Source: Torpedo marmorata (Eukaryota). Taken from it: a stretch of 64,000 bases of DNA. Positions 12,443 to 24,124 of the stretch are shown here, piece after piece. The stretch covers positions 162,254,001 through 162,318,000 of the forward strand of contig OZ360222.1 of the NCBI GenBank assembly GCA_977017645.1, written 5' to 3'. The translations under genes were made by a program, and so were the position numbers. Within the stretch, counting starts at the first letter, position 1. Each line of letters opens with the position of its first letter. The notes beneath the pieces are model-generated. The model was given only the letters and a program-made list of their open reading frames with translations, was not told the origin of the DNA and did no database searches.

Positions 12443-14068
12443 CAGTGCCCTCCATAATGTTTGGGACAAAGACACTTTTTTTCCTTTATTTGCCCCTGTG
12501 CTCCACAGTTTTAAATTTGTAATCAAACAATTCACATGTAATTAAAGTGCATATTCCAGATTTTATTCAAAGTTATTTGTTTACATTTTGGATTGACCAT
12601 GTAGAAATTACAGCACTTTTTATACATAGTTCCCCCAGTTCAGGGCACCATAATGTTTAGGACATTTGGCGTCAGAGGTGTTTGTGATTACTCAGGTATG
12701 TTTAATTGCTTCATTGGTGCAGGTATAAGAGAGCTAGACTTGCTTTTAAGCTTTTGATCACCTTTGGAGTCTGTAGTTGCCATTTTTCAACATGAGGACC
12801 AGAGTTGTGCCAATGAAAGTCAAAGAAGCTATTATGAGGCTGAAAAACAAGAATAAAACTGTAAGAGACATCGCCCAGACTTTAGGATTACCAAAATCAA
12901 CTGTTTGGAACATCACTAAGAAGAAAGAGTGTACTGGTGAGCTCAGTTACCGCAAAGGGACTGGTAGGCCAAGGAAGGCCTCCATTGCTGGTGACAGAAG
13001 AATTCTCATCATAATGAAGAAAAATCCCCAAAGGCCTGTCCGACAGATCAGAAACACTCTTCAGGAGGCAGGTGTGAATGTGTCAATGACTACTGTCCGC
13101 AGAATACTTCATGAACAGAAATACAAAGGTACACTGCAAGATGCAAACAACTACGGTAGTTAGCCACAGAAACAGGATGGCCAGATTACAGTTTGCCAAG
13201 AAGTTTTTAAAAGAGCCGACAGAATTCTAGAAAAAGGTTGTGGACAGATGAGACTAAGATTAACCTGTATCAGAGTGATGGCAAGAGCAAAGTGTGGAGG
13301 CCGAAGATCCAAAGCATACCACCTCAACTGTAAAACATGGTGGTGGGGGTCTTATGGCCTGGGCATGTATTGGCTGCCACAGGTACTGACGTACTTATCT
13401 TCATTGATGTAACTGCTGATGGCAATAGCAAAATGAATTCTGAAGTGTATGGTAACATCTTATCAGATCAAGTTCGAGCAAATGCCTCCAAACATATTGG
13501 TCGTCGCTTTATCCTACAGAAAGACAATGATCCCAAACATGCTGCTGAAGCAACAAAGGAGTTTTTCAAAGCTAAAAACTGGAAAATTCTTGAATGGCCA
13601 AGTCAGTCACCCGATCTAAATCCAGTTGAGCATGCCTTCCATATGCTGAAGAGAAAACGTAAGGGACAAGCCCCCGAAACAAGCAGGAGCTGAAGGTGGC
13701 TGCAGTAGAGGCCTGGCAGAGCATTTCCAGAAAAGATACTCAACACCTGGTGATGTCTATGAATCACAGACTTCAAGCAATCATTGCATGTAAGGGCTAT
13801 AAAACAAAGTATTAACCATTACTACTTTAATGTACATACCATTGCTATGTCCCAATTATTATGGCGCCCTGAAATGAGGGGGCTATGTATAAAAAGTGCT
13901 GTAATTTCTACATGGTCAAACCAAAATGTATACAAATAACCTTGAATAAAATCTGGAATGTGCACTTTAATCACATGTGAATTGTTTGATTACAAATTTA
14001 AAACTGTGCAGCACAGGGGCAAGTAAAGGAAAAAAGTGTCTTTGTCCCAAACATCATGGAGGGCACTG
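12443..14068 (+). mobile_element. Full-length Tc1-family transposon with ~220-bp IR/DR-type terminal inverted repeats
   Basis: TA|CAGTGCCCTCCATAATGTTTGGGACAAAGAC … GTCTTTGTCCCAAACATCATGGAGGGCACTG|TA; inner direct repeat at ~12642-12664. Confidence 0.95.
12792..13815 (+). pseudogene. Tc1 DD34E transposase, frameshifted
   Basis: paired-like HTH (IAQTLGLPKSTV), GRPRK, WTDETK, QKDNDPKH-…-SPDLNPVE with 34 residues between D and E, ends GYKTKY*; split over ORFs 12777..13163 and 13337..13693. Confidence 0.9.
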
Positions 14069-14119
14069 TATATATGTCCTTAGTAAACATAGGCCCTTTA
14101 GCCGAACTTTGGTACAAAA

Positions 14120-14555
14120 GTGAAAGGCTGCAAATGCCAGAAATTTGAAGTCAAAACCTGAAATGCTGGAAATACTCAGGTCAAATAGCAACTGTTTCGG
14201 GTCTATGACATTTATCAGTTCAGGTAAGCATGAAGATGGAGAAAAAAGTGATGGAAGGGAGCAGCCTGTGGTGGATTGGAAACAGGAGAATTTCAAAGAC
14301 AAAGGGTGTTTCTGAACCAGTGTCAGAGTAGGCTGTTCCAGGGCAAGCAAATGAACAAAAGATCAGGACTAGAAAATTGTGACTGAGAAAAGAGCTCATG
14401 AGAAAATAAGCTCATGCATTTATTTCCTGTTCTGATGAAGGGTCATCAATCCGAAATGTTAAACTTTGTTTTTCTTCCCTCAGATGTTCCCTGAGTAACT
14501 AAATTTCCCCTAGCATTTTTTGTTTTTATTTCAGATTTCCAGTTTCTGCACTTTT
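14120..14555. mobile_element. Penelope-derived element with inverted terminal repeats
   Basis: ctgcaaatgccagaaatttgaag…aaatgctgga on the left mirrors tagcatttt…ttcagatttccagtttctgca on the right. Confidence 0.65.
14427..14464 (+). ncRNA. Minimal type-I hammerhead ribozyme-like motif
   Basis: gtt-CTGATGA-a-GGGT(catca)ATCC-GAAA-tgtta-aac: conserved core, 4-bp stem II, short stem I; activity untested. Confidence 0.45.
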
Positions 14556-14782
14556 TGGGTTTATTTTTCACAAAAATTTAACTGGAGTAAGTGAGATTTC
14601 AGAACAATGATGTGAAATTACCAGCAGAATGTGGTTTATATGCTGGAGTCAAAAAGAAAAATACCAGAATTGCTGATTAACCAAAGTTGTTGACCTCATG
14701 GCAGAGTGATTTTTTTTTAAATTGAGCTCTCATTGGCATAGCTTCCACTTGGCTTGTAATACTTTCCCGTACATTCCTTGGA

Positions 14783-15035
14783 GTGAAACATAAAAGTCTG
14801 CAGATGCTGTGATAGTAGTAAAAACACAGAATTGCTAGAGGAACTCAGCCATTCTCTCAGTGTCCACAGGAGGTAAAGATATATGACCGAAGTTTCGGGC
14901 CTGAGCCCTTCCTTAAGCCATACGTCGAGGAAGGTTTTAGGCCCGAAATGTCAGTAATACGGGTATATCTTTACCTCCAATTGACGCTGCGAGACCAGCT
15001 GAGTTGCTCCAGCATTTGTGTTTTTACCCTACAGT
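14783..15035. mobile_element. Fold-back (palindromic) Penelope-terminus element
   Basis: aaaaacacagaattgctagaggaactcagc…ggaggtaaagatata / tatatctttacctcc…gctgagttgctccagcatttgtgttttt; same family as 55120-55318. Confidence 0.75.
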
Positions 15036-16094
15036 CCTTGACTTGATGTAACGCTACATCCTGCATTTTTGTTTCATTATTACAGTATCTGTTGTACTTA
15101 ACAGTGCATTGACTTGTCTTGTCTGGATTATACTCAAAACAATGATCGTTACTGTACTTCAGGACACATGACAATAAGCAATTTAATTCAATTTTGTGTG
15201 TAATAGATCTTTTTGGAAGATTGGGTGCTATTCCTCAAGCTTCTGTTGAGCTCCATTAGAAGCTCAAGGACAGAAAATTCAAAATTGGAGAGGGACTGAA
15301 TTAAACTGACACATGTCTGGAAGCTTTAGTGGTTGGACTTGTGAATTCAACGGGATCTTCTGCAAAGTGGTTGCCCAGTATTTATTTAAATTCCTTGTTA
15401 ATCAGATTACCAGAAATTTTGCAGCACCTTCTGCATATTACTCCTGGTAATTTCAGAAAATTATTCCACATTGATGCCTCTCAGTCCATTCATTTCCCTA
15501 TTCCTGCCATCTTTCACCTTGTATCATCACTTCCTTGTCTATTTAATCATTCCTAATTTCCTATAGTCACAGACCTTGGCATTCTCTCTTACTTTCCCTT
15601 CTATTCTTTTTCTGCGTCTTGTTTTCAGTTATTCATAGTTCTAATCGAAGGACTCTGACCTTGTACAATAGTCATTTCTCTCTCTACCTTTATTATTTAA
15701 TCAGTGCATTTCCAGCATAGACTATCCTAACATCAGCAGACTGAATATTGTGCAGAAATCAGGAGCTTACAATTCTGATTTGGGAGAGTTGGCATGATTG
15801 CTCGTCATTAGCTAGCTTATTGGTTCTTTCAGAAAGATTTTGACAAATCTTTGCATGAATTTCCTTTGAGTGAACCATGTGACAACAGTTTGTAGCATGA
15901 ATTGATGTGGTCTCATGAAAAATAAGAAATGCCAGAAACCTACAGTTGTGGAGGAAGGGGGATTGAGTACTCAAGTGTCTCGATGTCAAAATTATGAAAT
16001 GATGAGGCTAAGAAAAATAAAGTTGCACTTTGAAAAACCTATTAATCAGGCTGATGAGGACTTTATGTTCAATGTAGTCTGTGGATTGTAATGT

Positions 16095-17228
16095 GGCTGC
16101 TTAACAAGATGAATCCATGGAATTATAGGAAAGATACTGGCATGGGTAGAGCAGTGGCTGATAGGCATTAAACAGAGAGTGGGAATAAAGGGATCGTATT
16201 CTGGTTGACTACCAGTTACCAGTGGTGTTCTGTCGGGGTTGGTTGGTATTGGGGCAACTTCATTTTGCGTTGTATGTTAATGATTTGGATTGTGGAATAA
16301 ATGGCTTTGTGTCTAAGTTTGCAGATGATACAAAGATAGATGGAGGGGCAGGTAGTGATGAGGAAACAGAGAGGGTGCAGAGAGACTTGGATAGATTAGG
16401 AGATTGTATTTCATTGCACTTCTTTTCCCAATGTTGGAAAGTGTATGGTCATGCACTTTGGTGGAAGGAATAAAAGTGCAGACTATTATTTGGATGGAGA
16501 GGAAATTCAAAACTCAGAAGTGCAAAGGGCCTTTGGAGTCCTCATGCAGGACACCCTGAAGGTTAACCTCCAGGTTGAGTTGGTGATGAAGAGGGCGAAT
16601 GCAATGTTGGTATTCATATCTAGAGGAATAGGATGGATGTGATGTTGAGGCTTTATAAGGCACTAATGAGGCCTCACTTGGAATACGGGATATAGTTTTG
16701 GACTCCTTATTTAACAAACAATGTGCTGGCATTGGAAAGGGTTCAGAGAAGATTCACAAGAATAATTCCTGGAATGAAGGGATTAGCATATGAGGATCAT
16801 TTGACGGCTCTTGGACTGTACTCCTTGGAGTTCAGAAGAATGAAGGAGGACCTCTTTGAAGCATTTCAAACATTGAAAGGCCTGGATAGAATAGATGTGG
16901 CAAAGTTGTTTCCCATGATAGAGGAGTCAAGGATAAGAGGGCACAACTTCAGGATTGAAGGGCATCCATTTAAAACAGAGATGTGGAGGAATTTCTTTAG
17001 CCAGAGAGTGGTGAACCTCTGGAATTTGCTGCCACGGGCAGCTGTGGAGGCCAAGTCGTTAGGTGTATTTAAGGCAGAGATTGATAAGTATCTGAATAGT
17101 CAGGGCATCAAAAGGTTATGGGGAGAAGGCCGGGGAGTGGGGCTGAGTGGGTCAGCTCACAATCGAATGGCGGAGAGGACTCAATGGTCTGAATGGACTT
17201 CTTCTGCACCTATATCTTATGGTCTTGC
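16095..17228 (+). mobile_element. CR1 LINE 3' portion inserted into an older CR1
   Basis: SKFADDTK RT motif; ORF 16723..17319 (LERVQRRFTR…FFSQRVVNLWN); tail tatatcttatggtctt. Confidence 0.9.
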
Positions 17229-17239
17229 GGACGGGATTG

Positions 17240-18270
17240 GTTTGACAAGGTTTCACTGGTCAAAAAGGTTAAAAACCACTGGGATTCAAGGAAAAGTGTC
17301 AGATTGTGTCCAAAACTAGCTTCCTCTCAGGAAACAAAACGTAACAGTTGATGAGTGTTTTTGTGATTGGGAGGCTGTTACTTTGTCCAGTACTTTGACT
17401 CTTGCTTTCTGTAATATTTGTTAATGAGATGAACTTAGTTGCAGTGGGCATGATAAAGAAGTTGACGGGTGATACAACAACTGGCTGTATCGTTGAAAGA
17501 GTGGAGGAAAGCTTTCAAATGCCTGAAAAAAAGGTGGTCTGGTCATTTGGGCAGAAAAATGACAATGTATTTGAGAAAAGTCATCAAGGCAAAGGAATGC
17601 ACAATAAATTAGTGGGTATTGAGTGGTGTGATCAAACAGAATATGTCTCTCGATGCATGGGCAACAGTACATGTTGAAAAAGATGGCTGAAAAGCCATGT
17701 AGATGCTTTCCTTTCCTCAGAGGTGCAGAATATTAGAGCACAGAATGCTAGAACTGTATGTGGTGCATGTTAGACCAGAGCTTGAGTATGACATACAGTT
17801 TTGATCATTGTAATGCAGAAAAGTCGTGATTGCACTGAAGAGGATGCAGAGGAGATTTATAAGGATTTTGTCAGGGATGCAGAATTGTCAATGCGGAAAT
17901 GAATAATTTGCATTTGCTTTATGAGGTCAGTGGGAGACTTAATTGAGATGGACATGCTTACAATAGACCAAAATGAAATAAATAGGAGGGAACTATTTCC
18001 CATCATAGAAGGGGTCAAATACAGGGGACAAAGATTTAAAGTCAATGGTAGAAGAACTATAGGGGAGATGAAGGATAAAAAAAAGTTTTCATTCGGAGGA
18101 TGATGGAGATCCAGCTCACAAAATTGTTTGAAGCAGAAACTCTTATCACATTTGAAAGTAATTGGATATGTGCTTGGAGAACCATGATCTTCAGGGCGAT
18201 GGACCTCATACCAGAATGTGATTAGAGTGGGTAGCTTTATTTTTTGATTGGCACAGACTGAGAGTCATGA
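17240..18270 (+). mobile_element. Old degenerate CR1 LINE
   Basis: decayed RT and C-terminal motifs (GIQGKV…VQN, YRGQRFKV). Confidence 0.7.
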
Positions 18271-18994
18271 TTCTTTGTTATTAATTTTCAATGTCTTTTA
18301 TGTAAACTTGAGACAGGTTTAAGCTCTGGGGAGCCATCTGGCAAATGAATTTGAGAAAGAATGAATGTCAATCATTGGACACGAATTAGAAATGTTGATC
18401 ATAATTGCCAATAGCAAGTTTGAATTGTGAAGCATAAATGTATTGTGCTGGGTGGAATCCATGTGTGAGATACTCGATACATAAAAACAATAGGGCAGCT
18501 TAATGATTTCATCTACGAGGGAAGTAAGTAACTTGGAACTGTCAAAGAAATGAGCATTCCTGTTGGAGAAAATTAAATTGTAGGAATCTCATTTGTTTCT
18601 CAGCATATGCAGAGAATTGACAAACCAATTGTGAATATCATGATGCACTAAAGAATTGGGATTAAATATTCAAAGGAAGTGTGTGGCAGATTTTTTTATA
18701 GGTCACTCATTCAGTTGAATTTGGCAGTAATCTCAAGGAAGGTGAATAGTTCACATGTTTGAGATAATTAAATACACTTGGTGAGTGCAGAGAGAGTGAA
18801 GGAGAAAGTGAGTAATCATATCTTTAATAAGAAAATAGGACTGCAATAGTTTCCTCCTCATCCCAATATTCTTTCCAACTAGATCTTTGACAGTGACAAA
18901 GTTTCTTCTATTAGCCCTTTCTAAAACTTCATTCTGCTGTGCTGTTGATTGGGACAATTTATTTTGCCAATAAATACAAGCCTTGGCCTATACC

Positions 18995-19357
18995 AGTGGT
19001 TTTCAAGCTTTTTCTTTCCACTCACATACCATCTTAAGTAATCCCTATGCCATAGGTGATTAGTAAGGGATTGCTTAAGGTGATATGTGAGTGGAAAGAA
19101 AAAGTTTGAAAACCACTGTTTTGATCGTACCTAATTGACTCGTTATGTGCACGGTTTCATAACTCCAAAGGAAATGAGCCAATGACAATTTTTCTCAAGC
19201 AAAATATTTCAGTAACAATTGGGTCGAGAGCAGTGGTTTTCAACCTTTTTTTCCCACTCACATACCACTTTAAGTAATCCGTTACTAATCACAGAGCACC
19301 TATGGCATAGGGATTACTTAAGATGGTATGTGAGTGGAAAGAAAAAGTTTGAAAACC
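18995..19357. mobile_element. hAT (Charlie-like) composite MITE: two palindromic units plus a 114-bp spacer
   Basis: CAGTGGTTTTCAA…TTGAAAACC(ACTG) twice; flanking gcctatac / cctatac target duplication; second copy at 56839. Confidence 0.85.
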
Positions 19358-19921
19358 TATACCATGGAAAAATTGACGCTTTGATCAATAGCCCTTCTTG
19401 GCTTCTTTTGTAACAGTCTCGAGGATTGGTTACCCGCCAGGGTTAAATTTTGGTGCAGTCACCTCCATCTGTACCAGATAGGTACATGTTATAATGAATC
19501 CATTTTTTTTGTTCTCGATTCCAACATGTGCAGTCTCTAGTGTTTCCATGTTATAATGAATTGTAAAATGATGGCAATAACCTAAAATCCATGACCAATC
19601 AGTGTTGCCAGTGTCAGAACTAGTGTTGGGCTCAATGATGTCACTTCAGAGTAAATGGGGAAAAAAGCTACAAATATCAGCCACGTTCACATTTCAAGAA
19701 CAAATCTTTTGCAGAATCACACGAAGTTTGGGAGCAGATAGATGTGCAGCAAATAGTTTGACAGGATTTTATGGTGAATTTTGATCTACAAGGGTCATGT
19801 GCCTTTCTGTCAGTCTTCTGTTCAGGTGAAGACCTTGAAAAAAAATGCATGTGAACAAGGTATTAAATTCTCTTTCTATTCTCCCCCCACCCCACCCCCA
19901 TTGCTGCTGCTCCTCATTTAG

Positions 19922-19962
19922 GCATGCAGATGGATCACTCAAGTTCTGGGATGCTTCAGCCA
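19922..19962 (+). CDS. STXBP5: Tomosyn-1 41-nt exon (HADGSLKFWDASA)
   Basis: tttag|G acceptor, A|gtaagt donor; WD40 GH..G..KFWD motif. Confidence 0.94.
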
Positions 19963-20309
19963 GTAAGTTGTACAAAGTTCTTTAATTGTCAGGCATACAA
20001 TGCTGCTATCCAAGCATTTTTTTATTTTGAACATCAACGTGAAAGGATGACATAATTATAATTCCCAAGTTAGAGGCATCACATTGCTTCTCATGCACAA
20101 GTCAACATTGTCTTCTGCTAAATTAAATTAATTGTATAGATTGCCATCAAGTTAAGGATTTTCCAGCATGCAATTTATTAATAAAAACAACTGAATTATT
20201 TAAAGCACTCTTGGGTGGCAACTTAATCTTTCATAGTAACTGAACTTTTTAATGTTCATCATAAGGCTTTATATTACCTAAGTTATTAACATGGCAGGTT
20301 CAATACTGA

Positions 20310-20430
20310 CTGTGGTGTTGGCTGTGTGAATTTGAACATGCTCCTTGTGACTGTGTGGGTTTCTTCTGGGTATTTCTGTTTCTTCTCACATCCCATAGAT
20401 CTGTTGTTTGGTTGGTCACTGTAAATGACA
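20310..20430 (+). mobile_element. Degenerate V-SINE fragment
   Basis: ctgtgtgaatttgaacatgctcc…gtgggtttcttctggg…tttcttctcacatccc. Confidence 0.55.
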
Positions 20431-20452
20431 ACTGGGGTAGGTACGTGGTATT

Positions 20453-21620
20453 GATAATGAGTTTATTGTCATATAAATTGTACAATGTACATATGTATCG
20501 AAATTCTTACTTTGGCAGCTGAACAGGTACTTTTTAAAAAAAACTGAAAAACATATGAAAAAACAACTGCAAGAGTACACTTAATTGAATTAAAAATATT
20601 CAATAAAAACATTGATTATAAATATTCACAGTTATCCTGGTGCAAAAAAGTGACTAAGCAATAGTGCAGACAGTCATTTAGTGGTGTCTGAGCAGTCTAT
20701 GATTAGTACAACAAGGAGAGGTTCAAGAGCCTGATAGTTGTTGAAAAGAAACTGTTCTTGAACCTAGAGGGGCTGGTCTTCAGGCTTCTGTACTTTCTCC
20801 TTGATGATAGCAGTGAAAAAAGGCTGTGACCAGGGTGATAGTGGTCCTTTATGATGTTGGCTGCCTTCTTGATGCAGTGGCTCTCTTAGATGCATTCATT
20901 GGATGGGAGGTTCAAGTTTATTTTCATCCGATTGTATAAGTACAACCTGACGAAACAGCGTTCTCCGGTCCTCAGTGCAAAAACATGCAAACACACATAC
21001 AGATATAACACACATAAGGACAAACGATACATGTGCAGTACATATATACATATATATATATAAATAAATAAATATTGTTAAATAAATAGAGACACCAAGG
21101 GTTTGTATGAGCAGTTCATCAGTCATTCAGCAGTCTCACTATCTCAGCCTGGTGGTTCTGGCTCTGATACTCTTGTATTTCTTTACCGACAGGAGTAGCT
21201 GAAAGATGCTGCGTGCAGGGTGATAGGAGTCCTCAATAAATTTACAAGCCCACTTCAAACAACAATCCCAGTAAATCACATTGATGGTGGGGAGGGAGAT
21301 CCCAGTGATCCTCTCTGCCGCTCTTATGGTCCTGTGGATTGACTTCCGATCCAATGCTCTACAGCAACCGTACCACACTGTGATGCAGCCGGCCAGGATG
21401 CTCTTAATAGAGCTCCAGTAGAAAGTTTACAGGATGGTGGCCAGTAGCCTTACCCACCTCAATCTTCTCAGGAAGTGCAGTCACTGTTGCGCCTTCCTGA
21501 CAATTGGGGAGATGTTATGTGTCCAGGAAAGGTCTCTTTTTAAGTGGACTCTGAGGAACTTGGTGCTCTCCAATCTCTCCACTACTGAGCTATTAATGTG
21601 TAGTGGATGGTGGTCGTCCC
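20453..21620 (-). mobile_element. Two adjacent or nested Rex1/Babar LINE 3' fragments
   Basis: two separate tails (tttattgtc at ~20462, aagtttattttcatc at ~20915); minus-strand ORFs 21139..21378 and 21481..21702 encode Rex1 C-terminal peptides. Confidence 0.8.
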
Positions 21621-22329
21621 TGGAATTGTGGAATTCTATTTTGGTTTCAGCACAGGTATCATGGGCCGAAAGGCCTGTTCCTGTGCTGTGCCATTTTGCC
21701 ATTCAATGTTCTATCTGATTTAAAAAGGTAAAAAAATATATAATTAAAGCTGCTTGGTTCAATATACATTGATTTTTCTACATGCACATGTCACATGTTG
21801 GGCACGATGTTTCCACCATAAAAGTGCAAGGCCATGAAGAAGCAGGACAAAAATTGGATTGGGTTGTTGTCGACTTTTTAACTTTGGTTTAGATATTTCT
21901 GGCTTTGACGCATCAAATTGATATTACAAGTGAGTTATCACTTGCGTTCCATTGGCAGTATTGTCATCGGGGTTTATAAGCTGCTGTTTGTTTTGCCGCC
22001 TTTGGAAGGTGGCAGAATAGCAGTTTCTATCATGGACTGGAATTCACCACAATTGGAATATCATGTTGGGTTTTGGTACAATATTTAAATGGGTTTCCCC
22101 CAGCTATCTCTCACCCTCCCCACACCCCAGAATGGATTTATTGTGGAAGATGGTAAAATAATTCCTTGGAGTATATGTCTAGTATATGTCCTGATTAAAA
22201 AAATAAATAAAAATTCTTAACTTTCAACCAATTTCAGACAAATGGATTTAGTTTTGAGTTATTAGGCAAAAGACTTCCAGAAATAGGATGTTGGATCATC
22301 GCTTGGGATGCCACAGAATCTATAGATCA

Positions 22330-23135
22330 GTTTAGATACCATTTATTGTCATGTAATAAAACAGAAATGTCATTTTACACATAATTGCCTTTTGTCTGCC
22401 ATAAGCATTGCCTGGTGCCCCTTACAGTCAGAGAAAGAGAAGCAAAAGAGAGTCTCTCAGAGTTACCGAGTGTCCATGGATTCGCCTCCAGTGCTCCCAT
22501 AGCATCTGCAGCTGCACAGGACTCCAGTTCAAACCATCGGCATTCCAAGCCCAGATCCAAACCTCCGACACGATGAGGAAGTCTTCATGCCCCATCGGGA
22601 GCCCTTCTTTCCCTCAGCATCCTCTCAAATCCCGGTTCTGATACCTGGTTCTCATGAGCCAGTCTCCAGCAGCCCGCAGCCTGGTGTGAGTCCTTTGACC
22701 TCAAGTTACCAGCAGCCCGCGGCCTGTGTGAGTTCCTCGCCCGCAAGTCACCAACAGCTTACCACCTGTGTGTGTCTTTCAGCTGCAGAGCCCCTCATTG
22801 GTCCTCCACGTAGTCACTGTCCTTGGTTGTCTTCTCTGCTTCAACTTCTCAACAGGGGGTGTTCTCCCTGTGACTGGTGCCTTACGCCCATCCGCTGCTC
22901 CCCCGGAGCCTGCAACCCCTTGTGGCTGCTGCCATACCCCGCGGTCACAGGACTTTAAATAAAACACCGTCAGCTCCTTTAACAGGCCGTTTAAATCCTG
23001 TACGGAGCAGTCAGACTGGGCGGGAGGACCCTTCGGTGGAGCACTGTGTCTCTGTTCCCCGCTCTCCCCGGGTCTGCATCAGCGGCAGTGCTGCCGTTAC
23101 AGCATCTCCGGCAGTGACACCATTTTTTTTAGCAG
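22330..23135 (-). repeat. Unclassified interspersed repeat (LINE-like tail, GC-rich body)
   Basis: tttattgtcatg tail; block cagagaaagagaagcaaaagagagtc…gcagc recurs at 30296-30495. Confidence 0.6.
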
Positions 23136-23566
23136 TGTCTGGGAAAACAAATCCTTGACTTTTATTTCATGAATAGAGTTTATGGATGAACATTAAATTT
23201 GGTTACTGATAAATTCCCCTTTTTTTGTGGTAATATCCATGAAATGATTGAATGGTTACAAGTTACTTTGTCCTTTTATCATCCTTTGCATTAATTAGTT
23301 CCTGCTACTCAGGATACCGTGGAGCTTTTTTTGTGAACATCTGTCAAATATATCTAAGGGGTGTATAGCATATTCATTTGCCTTTTTGTGGACAATTGTT
23401 CCGTTTTTTTGGCACTTATCAGCTAAAAAGTGTAATGTTATCGAGAACCAACTATATATATTACAGTATGTCAAAGAACAATTGGGCAATATAAAATGTA
23501 TTTATTTTTAATTCGATCCAAACATGTCATTTTCATTTAATTTCCTTATTCACATTTCCATACTAG

Positions 23567-23787
23567 TAACGTTACAAGTTTTGTACAAGATGAAGACATC
23601 CAAAGTATTTGAAAAATCTCGAAACAAGGAAGAAAAACCATACACAGATATAGTGGATGAAGATCCTTATGCCATCCAGATAATCTCATGGTGTCCTGAA
23701 AGCAGAATGCTGTGTGTGGCGGGAGTGTCAGCACACGTAATTGTTTACAAATTCAGCAAACAGGAAGTGACAACAGAAGTCATCCAG
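23567..23787 (+). CDS. STXBP5: Tomosyn-1 exon (ITLQVLYKMKTSKVFEKSRNKEEKPYTDIVDEDPYAIQIISWCPESRMLCVAGVSAHVIVYKFSKQEVTTEVIQ)
   Basis: tactag|TA acceptor, CAG|gtgtga donor; lies within ORF 23524..23793. Confidence 0.95.
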
Positions 23788-23916
23788 GTGTGACATCAAT
23801 TAATATACTTGCATATATGCTGTGATACTAGTTAAATTGGACATAAGCTTGTCATTTGTCTTAATATTGATAATGAGGTTTAGAAATGTATTGTCAAACT
23901 ATATGCTACAGGAGTA

Positions 23917-24124
23917 CAGGTATACCCCACTTTATGAAAGTAGAGTGTTCCTATGAAACCTTTCGTAAGCCGAAATGGCGTAAAGCGAAGACCCATTCAC
24001 TACTATTGAAGGCTATTTTCGTAAAAGCGAAAACCCATTCAAATTTCTTTCGGATAGCGAACACAGGTTTCTTCGTAAAAGCGAATTTGCGTAAAGTGAG
24101 TATTCGTAAAGCGGGGTATACCTG
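23917..24124. mobile_element. Tigger-like MITE
   Basis: TA|CAGGTATACCCCACTTTA … TAAAGCGGGGTATACCTG|TA; internal tcgtaaa(a)gcg repeats. Confidence 0.9.

Noticed and set aside
18995-19357. Palindromic repeats as a CRISPR array or miRNA gene
   Set aside because: No repeat-spacer periodicity; TIR and TSD structure explains them as hAT MITEs, and there is no evidence for a miRNA.
22375-23158. Cluster of overlapping ORFs on both strands as a nested gene
   Set aside because: GC-rich repeat with few stop codons, no domain motifs, and a partial second copy at ~30300.
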